A stretch of DNA of 56,697 bases, filler included, from Sphacelaria rigidula (GCA_964200075.2; 7 parts of 7 records of this genome joined end to end with filler, not necessarily neighbours in it), one strand, 5' to 3'; shown: positions 1-12,449, counted from the first letter of the whole stretch. Translations and numbers: made by a program. The notes: generated by a model from the sequence alone, not told the origin.

Positions 1-259
1 TTTGGGAACCCAAACAAAGAGGGGGGTCGGTCTTTATACCTGTTTTTTCTTCCCCTCCCCCCCCCCCCCCCCCCCCCCCCGCCTTGTCCACTTTTTCGCA
101 CACGAACGTGGATCCCACGTATTGATGGTGGATCAACGGCCTTTGCAATTCGTCGACAGCGATCGGTTGACAAGAAGCCGTTCGTACTTTGGCCTGTGTG
201 ACTTGGTGTAAACTGTTGCTCCCTATGAAAACATGATGTCCGCACGGGGGGGGGACTGA

Positions 260-480
260 GTACCGCGGGCGCTGTGCCGGTGCTCTAGTTTTAGCGTTTA
301 GGTTTACGGATGTAGTTGAGGAGCACACGCAGGTCGCTAGTCCTGAAGTGAGTCCCCCCCTGGGGACTGGACAGCTATCAAGCTGTTGGTTGTGGGGAAT
401 GGTCACTTGTGGATGTTGTGTAGGGTACCGGAAATACGGAACCTCAGGAGCGTAAAGAATGGGCTCTCCACATCAGCCCC
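260..480. repeat. Diverged dispersed repeat (second copy at about 1398-1610)
   Basis: taccgcgggcgctgtgccggtgctcta...agctgttggt...gaatgggctctccac is closely paralleled by taccgtgggcgctgcgccggtgctcta...agctgttggt...gaatgctctccac. Confidence 0.6.
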
Positions 481-1851
481 TTCCCCCCCCCCCCCCAATT
501 GCATTTCTAGCCTGTGAGCAGACCGGGACGATCCAAAATTTTGTGGTCTAGAGCGATTATGGTGATCCATACTTCATCGCGATGTACAGAACTGATGCCG
601 ACATTGCTATACGCGTCAAAGACTGGAAACACCAAACGATCGCGCAATGTTACCAGTCGGACAAGTGCCAGTAAAATAGCCATCTGTGAGCTTTTTTCAT
701 CGTCGTTGGTGTTGTAAGCCCGGCATGATTTTTTTCACGCCGTTTGCGTCCATGTTTATGCCCTGGCCGACTCGTCGCGTCGTGTCCCAGGTGTTTCATG
801 TCGGCTGGGCTGAACTGACTGTCGGTTTTCGAGTAAGACAAGCTACTTGCAGAGGTTCGAAAATGCCTTTCAGCAACTGTACGTGATTCGCCGACACCAA
901 GGAACACGCTAGCAAATCATCCAAACATACCAGTAGTGCGCTGCGTTATCGTAAATTGGTACTGCTCGGAAATGGTACCAGTTATTACTGGCCATTATCA
1001 TTATAAAGATAATAATGGTGATGGTTTTATGAAAATTTCGGATCATGGTTTCAAACCATTATTTACCGTTACCGGCTTCATTGATGAGCCATTACCGGCT
1101 ACATATGCTACGTACAGCCCTTGAAAATTGGCCCAAATCTAACGTAGTTTTAGCTTTAGTGAAGCCAAATCGCGTAAAAACAAGCCCCCGGCACGGCGCC
1201 TCCAACGCGCCGGGGGCGCCTGCGGCGGGCCCTTGTCTGCCCGGGGGGGGCTTTTTGGCTCGCGGCTGCCCCGCTCGATGATCAAATCATTATGCACCAT
1301 TTCACTGGTTGATGGTTAGACAAACCATTCCCGAGCTCTATAAATTGGCCTGTCCTCGACGCCAAAATTCGACCACGGTGCTACCATGGAAGACTGGCTA
1401 CCGTGGGCGCTGCGCCGGTGCTCTAATTGTAGAGTCTGGGTTTGTGGACTTGGGGTGAAGGAATCACATATTACTAGTCCTAGAGAGCGTAAGTATCTCG
1501 TTTGGCACCGGGTAGTGAGCTGTTGGTCGTGGGAAATGCCACCGCTTGGATATTGTCTAGGAGACCGGAATGACGGAATCTCAGCAACGTCAGGAATGCT
1601 CTCCACAGTGGAGTACAACGATAGAGCAGCATGTATCCTTTGTATCAGTGTATATGATTTGGCTCGTAGCTGCATGGCTATTGTGGATAGTACGCGCATG
1701 TTCTCCTACATCTGAATCATTACCTAAACATCAAAGCGTCTGACAGAGTTGATGGTTTCAATCCCAGCCTGAAAAGGGGAAGTTTTTGTTCGTATATGTT
1801 GCAGTGTTTGTTACTCATCAAGCTTGTTCCCTGACTAATCACGATCATCAG

Positions 1852-1992
1852 GTGGATCCGGCGAAAGGCGTCGCGACCATCGGCTGCACGCCGATGGTGA
1901 CGAACTACAACATTCTGCTGGATACCAAAAGCCTGCCTCTAGCCGCCGCTGTAACCCGGAGTGTGCGCGAGAAGGACGGCGGGCTGCCGTGG
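1852..1992 (+). CDS. Glutamate formiminotransferase-like protein, penultimate exon (5' part of gene not identified)
   Basis: CAG acceptor at 1849-1851 and GTATGT donor at 1993; 141 nt, phase 0. Encodes VDPAKGVATIGCTPMVTNYNILLDTKSLPLAAAVTRSVREKDGGLPW, matching the formiminotransferase pattern GxxxIG...NYN...VRExxGGLP. Confidence 0.8.
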
Positions 1993-2389
1993 GTATGTTG
2001 CCTTGCTCGATTCGCTCGAGTCTGTCATTTGTTTTGGTCCCCGAATTTTTCTCGCAGCGACGTGCTACTTCCAGACATTGCGAGCGTCATATTTTCGGCG
2101 GCCTTTTCAGCGTCACTGTACTGTGGCACGACTTACGATGTACTTGCTGATTAGGGGGGCGCATAGCATATCTCGATATGGATGTGTGCACCATGAAGAT
2201 CATGGAGCCTCACCACAGATGAAACAGAGGACATCCCAGTACTACCGGCCGGACCTTGTACTACTAAGAATATACTCCGCGAGCATATCTGCTGGTTGCG
2301 ATCGACGGCTGTACTCCCTCATTTCGTTGAAATAAAAAAAAATATTTCGGCTATTCTCAACCTTTCAACGGGAACCCAACTGAATACAG

Positions 2390-2617
2390 GTCGAAGCGCT
2401 GAGTCTGGTGCAAGCGGACGGAATGTACGAAGTCGCGTGTAATCTCTTACGACCAGACGAAACGACACCTGGGATGGTGCTCAAAGCAGCAGAGGCAGCA
2501 GCGGCGCGCGCCGGTGTTCGTGTTTTGGACGACTACACGACCGGTGTAACGGAAAAGGAGGCGGTGCGAGCGATTACTCGGATACTTTCAGAGCGAGAGA
2601 GACGGTCCGCGCCGTGA
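2390..2617 (+). CDS. Glutamate formiminotransferase-like protein, terminal exon
   Basis: CAG acceptor at 2387-2389, phase 0 and in frame with the previous exon. Encodes VEALSLVQADGMYEVACNLLRPDETTP...DDYTTG...stop; the VxAL...EVACNLL motif continues the formiminotransferase domain. Confidence 0.8.
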   Translation, partial: VEALSLVQADGMYEVACNLLRPDETTPGMVLKAAEAAAARAGVRVLDDYTTGVTEKEAVRAITRILSERERRSAP

Positions 2618-3861
2618 GTCGTGCCTGTTTTATGTTCAAGGATGCATGTTCATGCTCCAGGGGCGATTGGCTGGATGTTTTCACGAGCTGTTGCGCTGTT
2701 TCCGCGAATAATGACTGGTATTCGGCACGAGTATATGCATGCGCCAGCGAATTTGTGGTTGAATAGGCAGATGTGTATAATGGGAGTGTCTCCCGTAGGA
2801 TGTGATGTCAGCACTGGGTTTTCGGCGTGTACAGGAAGCAGTGAAGGTTTTTGAGGGGTGTAGCTGTAGATTAAACTGCCTTATACATGTGTGCGTGCGC
2901 TACAAATCCCGCGGTTTCCCCGCTTCCCGGGCGTTGCTGTTGTCGAGGTATGTAGTGCATGCGGACAGACGCAGCAGATACCAATGAGTTCCGAGGGAAT
3001 GGGAGATACTCTCACGGTTTGGGGTATCTGAGCTGGTTTGTATTATGCTGTGTAGATGTGTACTGTGTGTGTGCCAAATGCCGGTTGAGTTGATTGTATT
3101 GTAGCCACAAAGTAGATGGGGAAAGAGCACTCGAGGTAATGTAGCTGGAGAATATAGTTCTGCGTGCAAGTATCGATGTATGCGGTGACAACGTACTGCC
3201 GGCCGTGTATTCGCACAATCAATCCCGGGCTTTTGTTGGGTATGCTGATTCCTCCCAAGAAGGATATTAGTCAGAGCTCTTGGAGGATGCGGCTCATGCT
3301 TTTGTTGATACACTCCGACTACCGATACGTGTAGATATTGTTTTGGGTGATTGCCAAGGAAGAGCGACAATATGTGGCTTGGTATTACAATGAATTGCTG
3401 TCTAGATCTACCCCTACAGTAGTGCTATCGGTAATCTTCAACGCTGCCGTAGCCGAAGATACTGAGTTCACTATGCTGTGCTACATAAGACGGAGAATCG
3501 CCGTACAGGTATGCGGACCTAAATAGAAGGCTACTGATCCACTTTTAATAATATGCCTGACATGAAAAAAAAACTGTGACCGGCACCTCGCTGAATGGTT
3601 GCCAGTAGGGCAATCCACAGTGATTGATTGAGTGCCATTATAGGTTTCTGGATCAGGCCTCTCTGCTGTTGTCCAGGCCCAGAAAACACAACAATTCTTC
3701 GTGGTAGGGGAAACTGGTCGTCGAATTGCGAATCAAGAGGAGATCCTGATAATGGGAAACACGTTTTTGTATGGGAACAAATGAAGGTCGAAATTGTAAA
3801 TAATATTGGGGAATGGCACTTCCGGAAGATTCCTTCGGGGAGATTTAGCAAAGGTTTACGT

Positions 3862-3943
3862 TCCCCCCCCTGTCTCGAAAAGGATGCGTGGTCGATGGTC
3901 AAACGACCAAAGCAAGCAAAAAATGAGTACGCCCCCTCCCCCC
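3862..3943. repeat. Short (~80 bp) dispersed repeat; other copies at about 32298-32358 (reverse) and 39030-39110
   Basis: Shared core cgaaaaggatgcgtggtc(g/a)atggtcaaacgac.aa.gcaagcaa.aaatgag found in three different contigs. Confidence 0.75.
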
Positions 3944-4312
3944 TGTAGGTGGAATGGCTGAGATCGGAGGCAGGTTAAATTTTTACCCCCACATGTGCTG
4001 GACACACATCGACATTTGTTCGTTGTGTTGCGAGGTAGATCGAACACGCTCCGACATCACGGGACCGGAAAACTGAGTGTGGGTAGTGAGGGATCAAAAC
4101 AGATCAAACCGCGCCCCGCCCGTTATGAGTGTACAGGGCGCTGAAAATTAAATCTCCAGCATGGATCGTTGACAAAACACGAGCACGAAGCAACATCAGC
4201 CATCTAGCTCTGGATCGATTGATGGATTCGCGATCTGACGCGGTATAACAACAACAGCAGCGCTTGATTACGACTAACTTGTTCCAGTGATATGAGAACA
4301 CAAGTACCTGTA

Positions 4313-5020
4313 GAGACGACCTCATGCCCCCCGTTTTCCGCCCTGAAACTATTTCTGGGGCTTCTCCGTCCTCCGTTCCCCCAAACGGTATGAACACGGG
4401 ATTTTACAAATTTGGGATGGATTATTTATCATTGGGGATGAGAACCCGAGGAATTGAAATCTTCGTATCCACACCAAATCTTCGAAATATGATTCCATTT
4501 CTTCACTTGCTGGTAGCTATTGACAACTACTACACGCCATGCAAATTCGGATTTCGATAACCGAAATGTCGGGGCCCTAGGTGAAAAACCAATTTTGGCG
4601 TCCGATCGGATCACCCAATTCCCCCACAATTGGTTTTCCACCTAGGACCCCGACATTTCGTTTATCGGAATCCAAATTTTTATGGTGTGTAGTAGTCAAT
4701 AGCTACTATAATAGCAAGTGAAGAAATGGAACCATATTTCAAAGATTTGGTGTGGATACGAAAATTTAATTCTCCGGGTTGTCATTCCCAATGAATAATC
4801 CATCCCCAATTTGTAAAATCCAGTACTTATGTACGAAAGCACCCTTCCTTTTGCCTCGATTTTGGAGTGAAAAAAGGCACGTTCTATCCCGAAAATGATG
4901 CTTTCGCCCATACCATTTGCGGGAACGGAAGAAACCCTAAATATAGCTTCACGGAGGTCAGGGGGAATGACGTCATCCATATAATAGTAATTTGTCAAGA
5001 CTTTCGGTCAGGGAAGCACT
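4313..5020. mobile_element. Foldback/MITE-like element with long imperfect inverted arms (same family as 6901-7231 and 56239-56660)
   Basis: About 4395-4595 is the imperfect reverse complement of about 4627-4825. The outer parts (acgacctcatgccc...aaactattt...cccaaacggtatg and gtcagggaagcact) match the MITE family at 6901 and 56239. Confidence 0.7.
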
Positions 5021-5678
5021 ATCTGTTTTGGGGTTAAAACCCTGTTTAATGTTCCACTTCCGTAGGTCTGTTTATTCCAGTGGGGGCTTCTACCAACGTT
5101 TCACACCGTGGACAACACACTTATGGTCAAAATATGCAATAGCCCAAAAATGTACTGGGTTACGTATAGGCCTATTGCATCTATTCACGATGTATTGTCC
5201 AGGGTCTGCAACATTTATACTCTCCGATGGTTACGGTAGCTAATGCCAAGGGTCTACCGGGAGGAATTTCTAAACACGTAGGCCCCAAGATCGAAAATTT
5301 GAGTTTTTGAGGGGTGGGGGGTGGGGGGTTGAGCGGGGTGGCGGAGACACCCAGCCTGTGTTTCCCTAGTTCATAGCCGAGGCGTTGGCGGTTAGGTTAC
5401 GGTCAGCTGCTGAGTACATCCACTGCCCGTGACAGCCGATCATCGAAATTGAGGGAGTAGGGAGCGGTAGTCTGGTTATATACGGGCTTATGGAGTGTAT
5501 CTTCCATCTTTCATGCACGGAGCAGAAATCCTTTCTCTTTTCCTTGCTGTCATTAAATTGTTGTCCACTCGTACGTATGATAATACATTACAGTAATTTC
5601 AAGGGGGAGCCGATTGCGATTGGCCACTTGTGGGATCCCGACATGCCCCCCAAGCGATAGCTCGAGCTATCGTGCAGA

Positions 5679-6541
5679 CGGGATCCTGATAGGCCCTGAC
5701 TTCTAAGGCATGCCTTACTCTTTGCCTTGGAGCCCCTTTTCAGGAAGGGGCTGCCTGAGAGGGGGTATGGTGCCTGAGATGCCTTGTTTGGGCGAGGCAA
5801 ACAAATATATTACAACGAAGAATGGAAGTACGGCACACGAATGACGACGCCAACTCCAATTGGTCGGGATATCGGGGTTTTACCTTTTGCCTTAGAGACC
5901 CTTTTCGAAAAGGGGTTGCCTGATAAGGTGTTTTATGCCTGAGATGCCTTATTTCACTAAGGCAAACACATTATACCACAATAACGATAAGCAATAAGTC
6001 GAGCTTGCGACAACGCCCACTCCAATTATTCGGGTAACCGGAGCGACTGTCTAAGGCGAGTCTAAGGCAAGTCTCAGGCATCCCAAGCAATAAAGTAAGA
6101 CATTTCAGGCATGAATATGGGGTAAGGCATGCCTTAGCAGTTACCTGAGCCCAACAATTTTGCCTGAGACGTGCCTTAAACGGTTTGCCTTAGACCCTCC
6201 TTCGGCATGCCTTAGAAGTCAGGGCCTAGATCCTGAAGAACAGGAACGATTTTTTCCCTACGGGAACGAACTGAGACCGAAAACCGTGTATACTGTATTG
6301 CAATGTTGCAACTGGTGCCCCGTCAAACAAACGTGGTGCCTTCGAACGGTGTTGCAGCTGAACCCCGTCAACCGTGCCTTTCAACAATGTTGCAACTGGT
6401 ACCCCGCTAATAAACGTGCCTTTCAACCGTTCAAAGGCACGTTTGACAGGGTATACCAGTTGCAGCATTGTATATATATACAGTGTCGACCTCAGTTCGT
6501 TCCCGCCATAAAAAATCTCGTTCCCATTTTTCAGGATCCCG
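5679..6541. mobile_element. Host MITE whose left TIR is interrupted by the hAT MITE
   Basis: Removing 5690-6236 restores cgggatcctgaagaacaggaacgattttt...cgggaacgaactgag, the inverted match of ctcagttcgttcccg...aaaaatctcgttcccatttttcaggatcccg ending at 6541. Confidence 0.7.
5690..6228. mobile_element. hAT-type non-autonomous element (MITE)
   Basis: Perfect TIR taggccctgacttctaaggcatgcc / ggcatgccttagaagtcagggccta, flanked by the 8-bp duplication GATCCTGA (5682-5689 and 6229-6236). Confidence 0.85.
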
Positions 6542-6900
6542 GGTTCGTGGCTGGATCACTTGGTCGACATCTACGGGAACAAGAAGACGCACAATATTGA
6601 CACTACAGCATCATGGTAGGTAACCGTTGCCGGTTCTCTGCTGTGCACAAGCAACTCGGTCGGGATCGCGGTCAACCCATCGCCGGAATCTCCTCAGGTA
6701 TGAAAACAGTTTTATATCTTCGAAAATAAGGTTGAACATTGATTGAGAGAAGGAGACCTCACCGACGCTGCTTACTGTAGGCGCGGCGGGAGTATAAATG
6801 TGATCTGTGTGTTGAATCGGCAACGATTTCACTTGAAAAACGTATGCATGATCAAGATGGACTACCCGCCTCGCGGTCCAAGGGTTATTAGCCCCCCAAA

Positions 6901-7231
6901 AGTGCTTTCCCTAACATACTGTCATGACAAATGACCTTCACATGGGATAGGCGACCTCATGCCCTCCGACCCCCCTGAAACTAGTTTTGGGGGTTCCCTG
7001 TCTTCCCTTCCCCCAAAGGGTATGCGCGAGAGCACCGCCATCATTCTACCTCGATTTCGGGGTGCAAAAGGGACGCTTCTAGCCCGAAAACGGTGCTGCC
7101 GCTCAACATACTCTTCGGGGGAACGGAAGGCGGGGAACCCCAGAAAACAGGTTCAGGGCGGTCGAAGAGTATGGAGTCGTCCATATATATGATAGTCATT
7201 GTTCATGACTTCATGTAAGGCAGAAAACACT
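6901..7231. mobile_element. Truncated palindromic MITE (family of 56239-56660)
   Basis: gtgctttccct...tcatgacaaatgac...cgacctcatgccctccgacccccctgaaactag aligns with 56294 onward; the two halves are self-complementary. Confidence 0.7.
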
Positions 7232-8015
7232 ACTATATACTTACTTACTGTTGACCGATGTCGCGATAGCCCCCCAAGGGAAAGTGGCTCTGTTCTGGGG
7301 ACGAGTATATAAGTATTATAAAACATATATTATATATTATACTCCTTCATGTCACGGAAATCAAGATGAAAAATAAGCGAGCACGAAGCGAGCAGCCGGG
7401 AACTCCCACGCTTTGGATTTCGTTCACTACTACAGTAATGTCGTCCAAAAAAGACGTCCCATGCAGTCTGAAATCAGTCATCATGTGCACTGATCGACCG
7501 CATGGCCATTATTTTCTTCGTGACAGTTTTTTTGCGGCTGGTATTGGGGGGGCTATATCGCGGCATATTATCACTATTTTGAAACGGTATTTTACAAATT
7601 TGGGATGGATTTTTTGTTGAAGATGGACCTTGGGAAGCTTCCACGGCTAGGACAAATCGTCACGACCCAAAATCACCAAATTCACGATTTCTTCGGTCTG
7701 ATTGCCCACAAGAGAGAAAAAAGTTGACCGCTGGTCCAAGAGGTATCAATGCAACTTTTGCGCCATTCCACGTGTGTGTCTGGGCTGTGTGTACCTGGGT
7801 TGCAACGCTGAAATAAAGCCTAGGGATTGATTCGTCACGAGTCGACTTATCATACTAAAACCAACGAATTTCCAGACGAAAAATTATTTGTCCGACCCTT
7901 GGAAGCTTCACATATATGTGTTGTGTTGTGTGTTGTCGTCCCATTTATTCTGGGCGCCAGTCTACCTTTTTCGGGATATGTGGGCGTGGCAGCGTCCGCA
8001 TCAGATGCCCAGTAC

Positions 8016-8115
8016 NNNNNNNNNNNNNNNNNNNNNNNNNNNNNNNNNNNNNNNNNNNNTTAATTAATTAANNNNNNNNNNNNNNNNNNNNNNNNNNNNN
8101 NNNNNNNNNNNNNNN
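8016..8115. other. Artificial contig spacer (44 N + TTAATTAATTAA + 44 N)
   Basis: Six-frame stop linker inside an N run, exactly 100 bp. Confidence 0.98.
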
Positions 8116-11100
8116 AGAAAGTACTGTTTTGGGCTCGAACCTCATTTCATTGATGAGCCTCATTTCATCGAATTTTCTGTTACAAGATGTTCTCCTGGAA
8201 TATCAGGGCAGCTTTTCACGATCCAAGACGGATCTCGGGCATTGTAAAATATTGCCATTCGAGATCACTCTGCAACCTGGCGTTTCGCCAATCTCATCTC
8301 GACCATATCGAACAAATCCCCTCTTAAAGTCAACGCTATTTTGGATGCACACTTAGGAGTTGGTCTGATTCAACACTCGTCTTCGTCATGGGCCTCACCC
8401 CTCGTGGTCGTCCCCAAGAAAGATGGCAACATACGCATCACCGTGAACTACAAACGGCTGAACCGCGTCACTGTCGTGAGAAACCTCCCCATACCTCGCA
8501 TCGATGAAGTCTTCGACTCTCTCGGCGAAGGAAAAATATTCAGCACTTTCGATCTGGCCTCTGGATTTTTCCAAAATGCCATTCACCCCGATACCATTCC
8601 CTTGACTGCGTTCTATACATCTTCAGGGCTTTATGAATGGCTTCGTATGCCACGAGGCGCTGCCACCGCACCTGGCTGCTTCCAACGCCTCATGCAACGC
8701 GTTACTGACGGTCCCGAGCATGTTGTCATGTATCTAGACGATGCTATCGTTTTTGATGCCTCCCCAAAGGCGCATGTTCGCACTCTACGGGAATTTCTCT
8801 CCTGCTTGCGTACACACGACTTGAAATTGTCTCCATCCAAAGCTCGACTCGAAGCCACTGAATTGGATTTTTTGGGACACTATTTCTCTCCTGCTGGCTT
8901 GCACTCAGACACGAATAAGGTCAAGGTTATGACTGATATGCCCATGCCCACAAATATTTCGCAGCTTCGCTCGCTGTTGGGTGGACTTTCATCTGATCGC
9001 AAATGTTTGCCCAACTTGTCCGAGCGGATCCAGCCCATCAAAGATTTACTGAAGAAAAACGTCCCGTTTGTCTGTACTGAAGACATAGAAGCCACCGTCC
9101 GCGAACTGCTCAAAACACTGACCGAAAAAACGGTTCTTTGTTTTCTGGGTTGGGACGCGGTACAAGACGGCTCACGTCTTTTTCAACTCCACACCGATGT
9201 TAGCACAGCTGGGTTCAGCGCCGTTTTGAATCGGCCTCAACTGGTTGGCTCTGTCCGACCTATTTTGTTCATCAGCCGCGCAATCCTCCCACGTGAGGCA
9301 AACTGAAGTCCACTCGAACTAGAAGGCGGAGTCATAACTTGGGCTATTAAACGGCTTCGACAGTACTTGTTCCGCGTGTCTTTCCACATCTGTACAGATC
9401 GCGGAGCTCTTGAACAACTCTCCAAGTTTGGAGAACATAACCCCCGCGTACAACGGTGGCTGGAGTTCTCGACTGCCTACCGGTACACTGTTAAACACCG
9501 TCCGGGCAAAACCAACGGCAATGCTGACCTTCTATTGCGATTGCCTCTGCCCCTTACAGCGGTAGATTTCAGTCCCGCTTGCCGCTTGACTGAACCCGAT
9601 GAACCAGGCGTCTACCCCATTCGGCGTTTTTCTACGCCCATCTATGCGCTTAACCTACAATGCCCTGAAACAGGTGTGCACATGGGTGCCCCCCGCCCTC
9701 TGCCCCCTGTTACAGTTTTGGATGGCTTAGCGCCCACAGCTGCCGATTTTGCCGACTTCCACACTTTCGGCCCTTGCGCGAACATCTCGGCGCCGCCACC
9801 ACTAACTGTTCACCTCATCTCCGACAGCACGCGCTCTCGTTCGGCAGCTCGTGCAAATTCTTCGCGTGCTGTGATGCCACCACCGCCGCCGGCCGCTTCT
9901 AGCAATGCGTCGCCGCCGCCGCCGCCGCCTTGTGCCCTCACGCGCCGTACCACGCCTACAAAACCCGGCCGCGTGCCCAGTGTTGTACCAACACCGCCCG
10001 CGCCCCTTGTGCGCCCAACGCGCCGATCGCGTTCACCAGTTCGCGCTACCCCCACGCCGCCTTCTGGGAATCTCCCAGCACCTGCGCCTCTGACTCGCGA
10101 TACACATGCGCCAGATCCGCTCCCGGATCAAGATATTGACGTCGGCACCCCTGCCTCTTCACCTGTGCCACCCCCTCCTGAGCCACCACGTTTGGTTGGC
10201 TCTCCGGCTGAAGGACAACTCCGAGAATTTCTCGCTAGCTACTCTCACCGCGATTGGGCTCGCGACCAACAACAGGTATCGCTCTGTCGTGCGACAATGC
10301 GGTACTTACGGCTTAACTGCCCCACCCCTTCCCTGGCTGAGATCCTGACTTCCGTGGGCACTTTACCCGCCCCCACCGCCTCTGACGTGCTCGAGCTGGC
10401 ACGCAAAGGTACTATCTTCACGACTGACGACGACGTTCATTTGCTTGTTCGCCGATTCCACTCACATTTGGGCACGGCTGCCGCAGTAACAACTGCCACT
10501 TCGGCACATATGAGTCATGACACCCCTATCCGCATCTATGTCCCTATCATGATGCGTTCGTAGGTCATGAAGGGCTGTCACTCTGATTTGTCCTGCCACC
10601 TAGGCGTTACGCGCACGTTAGCGCTCCTTGAACGTTTTTATTGGTGGATTGGCATGGAAGCATCCACGCGTTTTTGGGTCCGACGATGTTTCAAATGTCA
10701 GGCTCGTAAAACCTCTCGACAGACTGTGCGATGGCCGGTGATTTCCATGGAACTTCCAAACGCTCCTGGTCACTTCGTATCGTTTGACTACTTCGGCCCT
10801 TTACCCCCAACTGACTGTGGTAATACCTACATTCTACTTTTAACCGACCGCTTCAGTCGTCATGCGGCTATGTATGCTGTTACTGCTAGCGATTTCACTG
10901 CTGCCGGCACAGCGGACATTCTCGTCCATAACTAGATTAAGCACTATGGCTGCCCGAAACCTCTCCTTTCCGACAACGGTCAATACTTTTGCTCCGAACT
11001 CTCGGATGCTTTGTACAAGCTCCTCGGCATTCGCAAAATTGCCACGAGCGCCTACCACCCTAACGGTAACGGTGGAACTGAACGTGTGAACCACACGATG

Positions 11101-12449
11101 GCTCAAATGCTATCCATGGTCATAAACGACCGTCAGAATGACTGGGACCTTCATCTTTCGCATGCCATGCTGTCTCACAACAATTCGGTCAACGCGGCTA
11201 CAGGCCGTTCGCCCAACGAGCTGCACCTTGGCGCTACCCTCGTCTGCCCATCACCGTTTTCGAAAGACATAGCTTCCATGGTCACCAAAGTCTGGAACAG
11301 GATCAGATGTCCTACCACGACCTCGCCAGGGCTCGTCAGCGCAAGGTTTTCACTTTGGTGCGCGAACAACACGCTATCAACGCCTCACGCCTTGAAAGAT
11401 CCAATACCGCCCTCTACAACTTGATCCATAAACGCCCTACTTGGAAGATCGGCGATTGGGTCTGGATCTACAACAGTTTGTCCACCATCCGTTAAGGCGC
11501 TGACCGCACTGCCCAGGCAACAGTCTTGAAGACGAAACTATCCCTCAATCGGACGGGTTCGTTCAAATTCTCATTGTCGGACCCTCGTCGACGTCTCCTG
11601 ACGGCAAGCCTGTTGGCGACAAACTCCCCTACCTCCATTTACCTCGTGACCTCCAGGGACACGACGCTAAATCTCGCGTCCCTGTGCATCGTTGCAAACC
11701 TCGCACGAACCCGCATGACACTACTGACATTCCTCAATACCTGCCTGCAGGTCTCACTTAATACGTGCTCAACAGCTACTCAACAAAATCTCCACCGTAC
11801 CACGTTACCACCGATGATGTGACTGAACAACCTCCTCGCTTGGCCATGTCCCACATTTCCGGCCACCAAATCACTCGAGGTCCTGGCGGCAAAATTGCTG
11901 TTATGTACGAGACACACTGGCAAGGTCTTCGGCGTGTGTCTTGGGAACGCGAGTCCGACCTTCAACTGCACCGTCGTGCTATCCTTCTCTATTGGACACA
12001 ATCCCCACAGCAACAGCTCGCTGACAACAAGGGATATCGCAACATGAGACGCGGTGCTGAGGCCGGCGAACTCCACCGCGACAAAGGACTACGTTTTGTA
12101 GCCGATGGTTACGAACTCATACCCAACAAACAATGAGACGAGAAGATTCGCGCAAAACAACAACAGTTAACAGCTCCTTACAGGTGCCTATTTGTGGCGT
12201 AAGGGCAGCGATTATCTCTGGTGGCTAGGTCAGATCCACTCTGTCGATGCCCCCGCGGCCGACACGTACATCGTGCGTTTCCTCGATGATCCTGGCCCCG
12301 TTCAGCTCAAGGTTCGCCCCGATTTTTACACGACCAGCCCCTCCGCACCCTGCGGCTCCTGGTGCCTACAACGCCTCAAGTCACACGGCCTACGCCAAGG
12401 TCTTCAGCACAATATCGATCGTACACACGACATCAATGCACCATCTTGA
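8116..12449 (+). mobile_element. Ty3/Gypsy LTR retrotransposon pol, decayed (RT - RNase H - Pro-rich linker - integrase - chromo-like and Tudor-like tail)
   Basis: RT: WASPLVVVPKKDG, FSTFDLASGFFQ, YLDD. RNase H: LHTDVS, TDRGAL, RVQRW. Integrase: HHCC (CH...HLG...CFKC), SFDYFGP, LLSDNG, ERVNHT. RT-RH-IN order is diagnostic of Gypsy. In-frame stops end at 9306, 10563, 10935, 11495 and 12136, with several frameshifts. Confidence 0.95.

Noticed and set aside
514..886. Upstream exons of the formiminotransferase gene
   Set aside because: Only a faint PTLLY resemblance, with no convincing motif plus splice-site pair.
8341..10563. Programmed stop-codon readthrough in the Gypsy pol
   Set aside because: The TGA at 9304 and TAG at 10561 sit where Trp (TGG) is expected, and they come with other stops and frameshifts, which indicates mutational decay.
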